Below are positions 58,397 through 64,000 of a stretch of DNA of 64,000 nt, one piece after another. Origin of the DNA: an uncultured Gammaproteobacteria bacterium (GTDB lineage Bacteria > Patescibacteriota > Microgenomatia > Levybacterales > UBA12049). Under the pieces are notes generated by a model. The model did no database searches. It saw only the letters and a program-made list of their open reading frames with translations, and was not told the origin of the DNA. A program made the position numbers and the translations under genes. Position 1 is the first letter of the stretch. Every line of letters begins with the position of its first letter. Location: the NCBI GenBank assembly GCA_964637955.1, contig CAZWXQ010000003.1, positions 95,154 to 159,153 on the forward strand, given 5' to 3'.

Positions 58397-58852
58397 ATGT
58401 TACTCGGGCAGGTTAACAATAAGCTGGATGATAAGAACAGGCTTTCTTTTCCTTCGAAATTTCGAAAGGAATTGGGAAATAATTTAATTATTACTCAAAA
58501 TATGGAAGGTTCGCTTTTGGTAGTCTCCGAGAGTCGCTATAAGACGCTTTTAGAGGGTACCGAAAACAAGCCATTCATTTTAAAAGAAGTTCGTGAAGTT
58601 CAAAGATTTTTGTTTGGCTCTGCAGTTGAAATTGAGCTAGATGAAAAAGGAAGATTTATTCTTCCAGAACATTTAAAAGTTTATAGTGGAATTGAATCTG
58701 AAGCAGTTTTTGTTGGCGTTTATAACAGAGTTGAGATTTGGGACAAGCAGCGTTGGGAAGAGTATAATAAGAGCCATTTGAATAAGCATATTTCAGAAAT
58801 ATCACAGAAACTGTCCAGAGATGCAGGAGGCGTCTTGGAAGATAAGAGATGA
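58397..58852 (+). CDS. mraZ: Transcriptional regulator MraZ
   Basis: 'MLLGQVNNKLDDKNRLSFPSKFR' and a second 'LDEKGRFILPEHL' half-domain (duplicated DxxxR motifs). First gene of the dcw cluster. Confidence 0.85.
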   Translation: MLLGQVNNKLDDKNRLSFPSKFRKELGNNLIITQNMEGSLLVVSESRYKTLLEGTENKPFILKEVREVQRFLFGSAVEIELDEKGRFILPEHLKVYSGIESEAVFVGVYNRVEIWDKQRWEEYNKSHLNKHISEISQKLSRDAGGVLEDKR

Positions 58853-59739
58853 ATTATCACATAAGCGTACTTTTACATGAAGCGATTGACAGTTTAAAAG
58901 TCAAAAGCGGACAAAAATACATAGATGCAACTCTTGGAGGAGGTGGTCATACTAAAGAAATTTTAAGTCTTGGAGGAGTTGTTCTTGGAATCGATCAAGA
59001 TCAGGATGCCATTGATTACGTAAGCGAAAATTTGAAATTTGAAATTCGAAATTTGAAATTGAATTTAGCACGAGGAAACTTTAGCGATATTGATCAAATA
59101 GCAAATGAGAATGGGTTTGAGAAAGTCTCTGGAATATTATTCGACTTAGGAGTTTCATCGCATCAGATCGATAGCAAAGATCGAGGGTTTTCCTACCTTA
59201 GCTCTGGGCCTTTGGACATGAGAATGGATCAAAGACTAGGAGTTAAGGCAGCAGATTTAGTAAATGCGTTAGGAAAGAAAGAACTATATGATTTATTTAG
59301 AACGCTTGGTGACGAGCGTAATGCTCATGATATTAGTGAGCGTATTGTTAATGAGCGCAAGATAAAGCCGTTTGAAACGACTGATGAACTAGCAAGAGTA
59401 CTCGCCCACTCTTATGGTTTTTCTGAACCTTCAGATTTTGCGAAAGCAACTTCGGGGAAAAAAGTCTTTCAAGCGCTTAGGATTGCGGTGAATGATGAGC
59501 TGGGAAGCTTAGAAGATGCTCTTCCAAAAGCTTTGGAGCTGTTGGAAGAAAATGGAAAACTGGTAATTATTACTTTTCATTCCCTAGAAGACAGGATAGT
59601 CAAAAGAGCATTTCTTGAATTTGAGAGAGAAGGAAAAGGAAAAGTAGTTACCAAAAAACCAATATTACCAAGTAGAGAAGAAACTGACGAAAACTCAAGA
59701 AGTAAAAGTGCAAAGCTGCGGGTTTTCGAACGTTCTTAA
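58849..59739 (+). CDS. rsmH: 16S rRNA (cytosine1402-N4)-methyltransferase RsmH/MraW
   Basis: 'HISVLLHEAIDSL', 'YIDATLGGGGHT', 'GILFDLGVSSHQID', 'ITFHSLEDRIVK'. Confidence 0.9.
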   Translation: MNYHISVLLHEAIDSLKVKSGQKYIDATLGGGGHTKEILSLGGVVLGIDQDQDAIDYVSENLKFEIRNLKLNLARGNFSDIDQIANENGFEKVSGILFDLGVSSHQIDSKDRGFSYLSSGPLDMRMDQRLGVKAADLVNALGKKELYDLFRTLGDERNAHDISERIVNERKIKPFETTDELARVLAHSYGFSEPSDFAKATSGKKVFQALRIAVNDELGSLEDALPKALELLEENGKLVIITFHSLEDRIVKRAFLEFEREGKGKVVTKKPILPSREETDENSRSKSAKLRVFERS

Positions 59740-59747
59740 AAAGAATA

Positions 59748-60035
59748 ATGAAAAAACCGTTTTTTGTAATATTTTTACTATTTTTAACAATTGGAGTGCT
59801 TCTTGGAGTTAGAACAGTGGTATCTGCTAGAATTACTACATCTGGTTTAGAGCTTGGAAAAATTCAAGATGAAGCAAATGAAATAAAGACCCAAAATGCT
59901 ATTTTAAAGGAAAAGATTTTTTCATTGTCTTCTTTGACACATGTTTCAGAAATTGCTTCAAAGGATGGGTTTGTGGAAAGCAAGCAAGCCTTTGCAGTCT
60001 CCGGCGCTCGCCCAATTGCTAGAGCAAATGATTAG
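59748..60035 (+). CDS. ftsL: FtsL-like cell-division protein (small bitopic membrane protein)
   Basis: 95 aa: N-terminal TM, then a coiled-coil-like segment. Position between rsmH and ftsI; stop overlaps the ftsI start (ATGATTAG). Confidence 0.5.
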   Translation: MKKPFFVIFLLFLTIGVLLGVRTVVSARITTSGLELGKIQDEANEIKTQNAILKEKIFSLSSLTHVSEIASKDGFVESKQAFAVSGARPIARAND

Positions 60036-61710
60036 ATATAGGACAGTACTTTTTGTAATAACATTATTTTTCGGATTAATTTTGCTTCGTCTTTTTTACT
60101 GGCAAGTAGTAAAAGCTGATGAGTTAGCTAGTCTTGGCCAAACTCAATACGGAAAATCCATAAAAATAGAGCCAATCCGTGGAGAAATAAAAACGTCTGA
60201 TGGATTTCCAATTGTCGCAAATAAGATCTCATATCTCCTTTATGCAAATCCAAAAGAAGTAGAAAATAAGAACGTTTTGGCTTCATTTCTCGCACAAAAG
60301 CTTAAAGTAGATGAAGCTTCAGTTAGCGCACAACTTTCTCAAGATCTTTTTTGGGTTCCTTTAGGGAGGCATCTTGAATCTAGCGTAAAAGATGAGATAG
60401 AAAAGAGTGAATTTAAAGGACTTGGATTTGAGCAGGAGTTTGAAAGGTATTATCCAGAAGCATCTATGGCTGCAAATCTACTTGGATTTGTGGGAAGAGA
60501 TGAAAGTGGGAATACTAAGGGTTATTTTGGGATAGAAGGGTATTATGATCGACTTCTTCGTGGGAAAAGCAGTAGTGCGGTCCAAATTAATGATGCATTG
60601 GGGCGTCCCATACTAGCTAGGGTTGATAATAAAGATTCATTTGGTACAGACGGTAGCAGCCTTGTCCTTAATGTTAATCGTTCAATCCAGTTTCTGGCAG
60701 AAAAAGAGCTGAAAGAAGGAATTGAGCGCTACGGTGCAGTTGGAGGAATGGTGGGAATTATGGATCCAAAAACAGGAGCAGTTCTCGCAATGGTAAATTA
60801 TCCAACTTTTGATCCAAGGCAGTATCAAGAATATACAGATGATTTATATAAAAATAAGTTTATATCTAATCTGTACGAGCCTGGATCTACATTTAAGCCG
60901 CTCGTAATGTCAAGTGCATTTAATGAAAAGTTATTTACTCCCAAAAGTAAATGTCCAATATGTGGGGGTCCCGTTTCAGTGGGTGGTTATGATCTTCACA
61001 CTTGGGATGATAAATATTTTGCAGATACCACTATGCTTGAGGTTATTCAGCATTCTGATAATACGGGAATGGTATATACGGCTCAGAAATTGGGACTCTC
61101 AAGAATGCTTAAATATATAAATGCTTTTGGTATTGGAAAGATCACGGGTATTGATTTGGAGGGGGAAGTCGCACCAGAAATAAAACCTCAAAATGATTGG
61201 CATGAAGTAGATTTAGCAACAACAGGATTTGGTCAAGGAATATCAGTAACTCCAATTGAATTAATGAGCGCATTTTCATCAATCGCAAATAAGGGAGTCA
61301 TGATGGAGCCTCGCATAGTTTCTTCAGTAGTCGATGTTAATGGAAAAGAAACCAAAATTGAGCCCAAAGAAATTGGTCGTCCTATCTCTCAGGAAACTGC
61401 AGCAGTTATGACTGAAGTTTTGGTTAACGCAGTAAGCAAAGGAGAGGCAAAATGGGCGAAAATTCCGGGTTACAGAGTGGCTGGAAAAACTGGCACAGCC
61501 TCTATTCCTATTGAAGGCAAATATGATCCTACAAAAACAATAGCTTCATTTATAGGGTTTGCACCTGCAAATAATCCAAAATTCATAATGTTAGTGATTT
61601 TAGACCGTCCAACTGCTAGAATATATGGCGCAGAAACTGCAGCGCCTGTATTCTTTGCAATTGCTAAGAATTTGTTTACTTATTATGGCTTAGCGCCTGA
61701 TGAAAAGTAG
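60028..61710 (+). CDS. ftsI: Penicillin-binding protein 2 / FtsI-type class B transpeptidase. Start set at the ATG overlapping the ftsL stop.
   Basis: TM 'VLFVITLFFGLILLRLFYWQV', then 'GSTFKP' (SxxK), 'HSDN' (SxN) and 'AGKTGTA' (KTG) motifs. Confidence 0.85.
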   Translation: MIRYRTVLFVITLFFGLILLRLFYWQVVKADELASLGQTQYGKSIKIEPIRGEIKTSDGFPIVANKISYLLYANPKEVENKNVLASFLAQKLKVDEASVSAQLSQDLFWVPLGRHLESSVKDEIEKSEFKGLGFEQEFERYYPEASMAANLLGFVGRDESGNTKGYFGIEGYYDRLLRGKSSSAVQINDALGRPILARVDNKDSFGTDGSSLVLNVNRSIQFLAEKELKEGIERYGAVGGMVGIMDPKTGAVLAMVNYPTFDPRQYQEYTDDLYKNKFISNLYEPGSTFKPLVMSSAFNEKLFTPKSKCPICGGPVSVGGYDLHTWDDKYFADTTMLEVIQHSDNTGMVYTAQKLGLSRMLKYINAFGIGKITGIDLEGEVAPEIKPQNDWHEVDLATTGFGQGISVTPIELMSAFSSIANKGVMMEPRIVSSVVDVNGKETKIEPKEIGRPISQETAAVMTEVLVNAVSKGEAKWAKIPGYRVAGKTGTASIPIEGKYDPTKTIASFIGFAPANNPKFIMLVILDRPTARIYGAETAAPVFFAIAKNLFTYYGLAPDEK

Positions 61711-61712
61711 TT

Positions 61713-63041
61713 ATGAAAAAATATTTTATTAATGTATTTCTTTGGTATTTGAGATCTCTTGCTAAGATCCAACTCAATAAAATTAATCCAGTTATAGTTG
61801 GAATTGGGGGAGCAAGCGGAAAAAGTTCATTAACGCAAATTACTTCAGATTTATTAAGTCAAAAATACACAGTGAAGCAAGGAAAAGGGAAAAATAGCGA
61901 AACCGGAATTCCTTTAAACATCCTAGACATAGATATTGAAAATTATGATTTAAAAAGTTGGATAAAAATTGCTTTCTTAGCTCCATTAAAGTTAATAACA
62001 AACAATAAAAAATATGACATTTTCGTGATGGAAATGGGGATTGATAGTCCGTATCCTCCCAAAAACATGAGCTATTTGCTTAGTTTTATAAAGCCTAGGA
62101 TTGGGGTTCTTACGAACATAACTATTGAGCATTCTGGAAGTTTTGAAGAATTTTCAAAGAGTGAGGATTCTGATTCGAGAAAAAATGAAATCCTTGAAAA
62201 AATAGCATCTGAAGAAAAACTACTTATTACTTCTATTGATTCCTCAGGACGCGCGATCATTAACTTAGATGATCCCTATATTAAAAGTACAATGCCAACA
62301 GTAGCAAAAGCTTTAACTGTATCTATGTCCGATAGGAGTGCAGATTTTTATATTGAAAAAACTGTAACTACTGAAAGTTCATTTAATATTAAATTTACTT
62401 TTCTTAAAGAAAATTATCAAATCACTATTAGCCAGCCTCTTCCAAAATATTATTCCCATGTGTTTATTTATGCCATAGCTATAGCATTTTCAAATGAAAT
62501 CAATATAAGTGATTCTATTAATTTTATTCAGAATAATTTTAAACTTCCTCCTGGTAGATTTAGCGTATTGAAAGGTATAAAAAGTTCAACAATTTTTGAT
62601 TCATCATATAATTCATCTCTGGAGGCAGCAGTTGGAGCTATTGATGTGCTGAAGGAAATTGGAAAAGACAAAAGAAAAGTTGGAGTTTTAGGAGACATGA
62701 GAGAGCTTGGAAGTTTAAGTCAGATACAGCATGAATTATTAGCAAAAGAGATTGTAAGAAAGTTGGATTTTACAATTTTAATTGGTCCTCAAATGAAAGA
62801 ATATGTAATTCCAATTCTTGAAAAAAATAACTTTCCATTTAAATCATTTGAAAATTTTAAAGAAGCAAAAGAATTTATTCCTGAGTTTGTTAAAAGAAAT
62901 GATTTGATTTTGGTAAAAGGTTCTCAGAATACTTTATTTTTGGAAAGAGCTGTTGAATTATTACTATTTGATAAAAAAGATAAGGAATTTTTATGTCGAC
63001 GAGGTAAGTATTGGGATACCCAGAGGCAAAGAGCAAATTAG
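61713..63041 (+). CDS. murF: Mur ligase, MurF-like (UDP-MurNAc-tripeptide--D-Ala-D-Ala ligase family)
   Basis: 'VGIGGASGKSSLTQITSDLLSQ' matches 'LTGSSGKTSVKEMTAAILSQ'. 'NSETGIPLNIL', 'FDSSYNSSLEAAVGAIDVL' and 'VGVLGDMRELG' are co-linear with E. coli MurF. The P-loop sits ~30 aa from the N-terminus. Confidence 0.6.
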   Translation: MKKYFINVFLWYLRSLAKIQLNKINPVIVGIGGASGKSSLTQITSDLLSQKYTVKQGKGKNSETGIPLNILDIDIENYDLKSWIKIAFLAPLKLITNNKKYDIFVMEMGIDSPYPPKNMSYLLSFIKPRIGVLTNITIEHSGSFEEFSKSEDSDSRKNEILEKIASEEKLLITSIDSSGRAIINLDDPYIKSTMPTVAKALTVSMSDRSADFYIEKTVTTESSFNIKFTFLKENYQITISQPLPKYYSHVFIYAIAIAFSNEINISDSINFIQNNFKLPPGRFSVLKGIKSSTIFDSSYNSSLEAAVGAIDVLKEIGKDKRKVGVLGDMRELGSLSQIQHELLAKEIVRKLDFTILIGPQMKEYVIPILEKNNFPFKSFENFKEAKEFIPEFVKRNDLILVKGSQNTLFLERAVELLLFDKKDKEFLCRRGKYWDTQRQRAN

Positions 63042-63057
63042 GTAGTATAATAATTAA

Positions 63058-63999
63058 ATGATTAGAAAAGCCAAAAACTTTTATCATAAAATAAACGCTT
63101 CAATCTCAAATCTAATATACTTTTTCCCTGGGAAGAAACTAAAAGTAATTGGAGTTACAGGTACAGACGGTAAAACTACAACAGTTAATCTTATATACCA
63201 TATTTTAAAGGAAAACAATAAATCAGTATCTATGCTGACTAGTATTGGTGCTGTGGTAGGATCTGTAAAGTATGATACTGGCTTTCACGTCACAACTCCT
63301 AGTTCATACATGCTCCAGAAGCTTCTTCGTAAAGCTGTAAAAGAAAAATCTGAATACTTCGTGCTTGAAGTAACCTCGCATGCTCTAGATCAATATAGAG
63401 TTCTGGGGATACCGTTTTCTATTGGAATTATAACCAATGTTACAAGTGAACATTTGGATTATCATAAAACATTTGATAATTATTTAAGGACGAAGGAAAA
63501 GCTCTTAAAGATGTCAGAAGTAGCAGTGGTAAATAAGGATGATGCTTCCTATACATTGTTCTCTGTATCAAAGAATCAAAAAAGTAATTCTAACTGGATC
63601 ACTTATGGTTTTTCTGATTCTTCTGATGTGAATTTAAATAATTTTTATTTTGAGTCAAAAAACTTATTGGGAGATTTTAATAAGTATAATGTTCTTGCAG
63701 CTGTTGCATGTTGTAGGAAATTGGGCCTCTTGGATAATGAAATACGATCTGCATTAAAGACATTTAAGATGCCACTTGGTAGAGTTGACTTTGTTTATCA
63801 AAATGATTATTCCGTTATAATAGATTTTGCGCATACTCCAAATGCTTTTGAACAACTTTTATCATCACTTCGAAAAACCACTAATGGTCGAATAATTCAT
63901 GTGTTCGGATCTGCAGGAGAACGCGATCATGCTAAGAGACCTTTTATGGGAGAAATTTCTTCTAAGTACGCGGACATTTTATTCTTAACAGCTGAAGAT
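63058..63999 (+). CDS. murE: Mur ligase, MurE-like (UDP-MurNAc-dipeptide--diamino-acid ligase); 3' end beyond the window
   Basis: 'VIGVTGTDGKTTT', 'VLEVTSHALDQYRV' and 'IITNVTSEHLDYH' match MurE 'GITGTNGKTTT', 'MEVSSHGLVQHRV' and 'FTNLSRDHLDYH'. No stop before the window end. Confidence 0.6.
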   Translation, partial: MIRKAKNFYHKINASISNLIYFFPGKKLKVIGVTGTDGKTTTVNLIYHILKENNKSVSMLTSIGAVVGSVKYDTGFHVTTPSSYMLQKLLRKAVKEKSEYFVLEVTSHALDQYRVLGIPFSIGIITNVTSEHLDYHKTFDNYLRTKEKLLKMSEVAVVNKDDASYTLFSVSKNQKSNSNWITYGFSDSSDVNLNNFYFESKNLLGDFNKYNVLAAVACCRKLGLLDNEIRSALKTFKMPLGRVDFVYQNDYSVIIDFAHTPNAFEQLLSSLRKTTNGRIIHVFGSAGERDHAKRPFMGEISSKYADILFLTAED

Positions 64000-64000
64000 C

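Noticed and set aside
360-61120. Short + strand ORFs nested in other frames of larger genes (360..545, 40223..40414, 41400..41594, 60914..61120)
   Set aside because: They are alternative-frame readings inside confidently called genes, with no independent support.
769-62260. All minus-strand ORFs in the six-frame track (60-136 aa, e.g. 929..1189, 5123..5467, 5735..6145, 37375..37755, 41061..41378, 53931..54245, 56220..56501)
   Set aside because: Each lies entirely inside a long, well-supported + strand gene (or, for 56220..56501, antisense to the 56236 gene). They are short and have no motif support. They are typical antisense artefacts of AT-rich DNA.
1-64000. CRISPR arrays, rRNA genes, integrases/transposases, toxin-antitoxin or restriction-modification/defence genes
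   Set aside because: No direct-repeat/spacer periodicity, no rRNA-like conserved stretches, and no protein with recombinase, nuclease or ATPase (Walker A/B) signatures was seen. The only P-loops are in the Mur ligases.

Overview
This is a 64 kb window from a low-GC, apparently genome-reduced bacterium; the overall look is CPR/Patescibacteria-like, which is an inference. Every credible gene is on the + strand, and most adjacent genes overlap by 1-20 nt (ATGA / TAATG junctions). Positions ~1-48,900 form one large surface-glycan island. It holds about 45 co-directional genes: about 9 polytopic GT-C-fold-like membrane glycosyltransferase candidates, 2-3 polyprenol-phosphate GT2 enzymes (ArnC/GtrB/DPM1-like), a small PglC-type initiating phosphoglycosyltransferase, and many GT2 and GT4 transferases. 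It also holds sugar-nucleotide enzymes: RfbF-like Glc-1-P cytidylyltransferase, ManC-like Man-1-P guanylyltransferase, GalE, several SDR epimerase/dehydratases, RmlC/RmlD-like proteins, and a DegT-family protein with His replacing the Schiff-base Lys, i.e. a ColD/E1-type 3-dehydratase. Glycan-decorating enzymes are present too: a NodU/CmcH carbamoyltransferase, an FkbM methyltransferase and three hexapeptide acetyltransferases. Unusual items in the island are two giant paralogous membrane proteins (1126 and 693 aa), a 1067-aa fusion of an O-antigen-ligase/Wzy_C-like domain to a GT-C-like domain, and a truncated GT4 fragment. Downstream (~48,900-64,000) are housekeeping genes of visibly higher GC: an orphan gene with K-poor, Q/R-rich composition, a membrane-anchored extracytoplasmic protein, RecO-like, GlyRS, an IMPDH/GuaC-family protein, and a DUF2079-like membrane protein. 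Then comes the start of the dcw cluster (mraZ-rsmH-ftsL-ftsI-murF-like-murE-like). The mraZ upstream region carries two AAAGTGGG boxes at a 10-bp period inside a 10-bp perfect inverted repeat. Several housekeeping genes have TTGACA-17/18-TAnnnT promoters only 6-13 nt upstream of the ATG, i.e. leaderless-type. No rRNA, tRNA, CRISPR or mobile element was identified; a GC-rich 56.1 kb intergenic island is an unclassified ncRNA candidate. All product calls rest on motif recognition by eye; no database search was possible.
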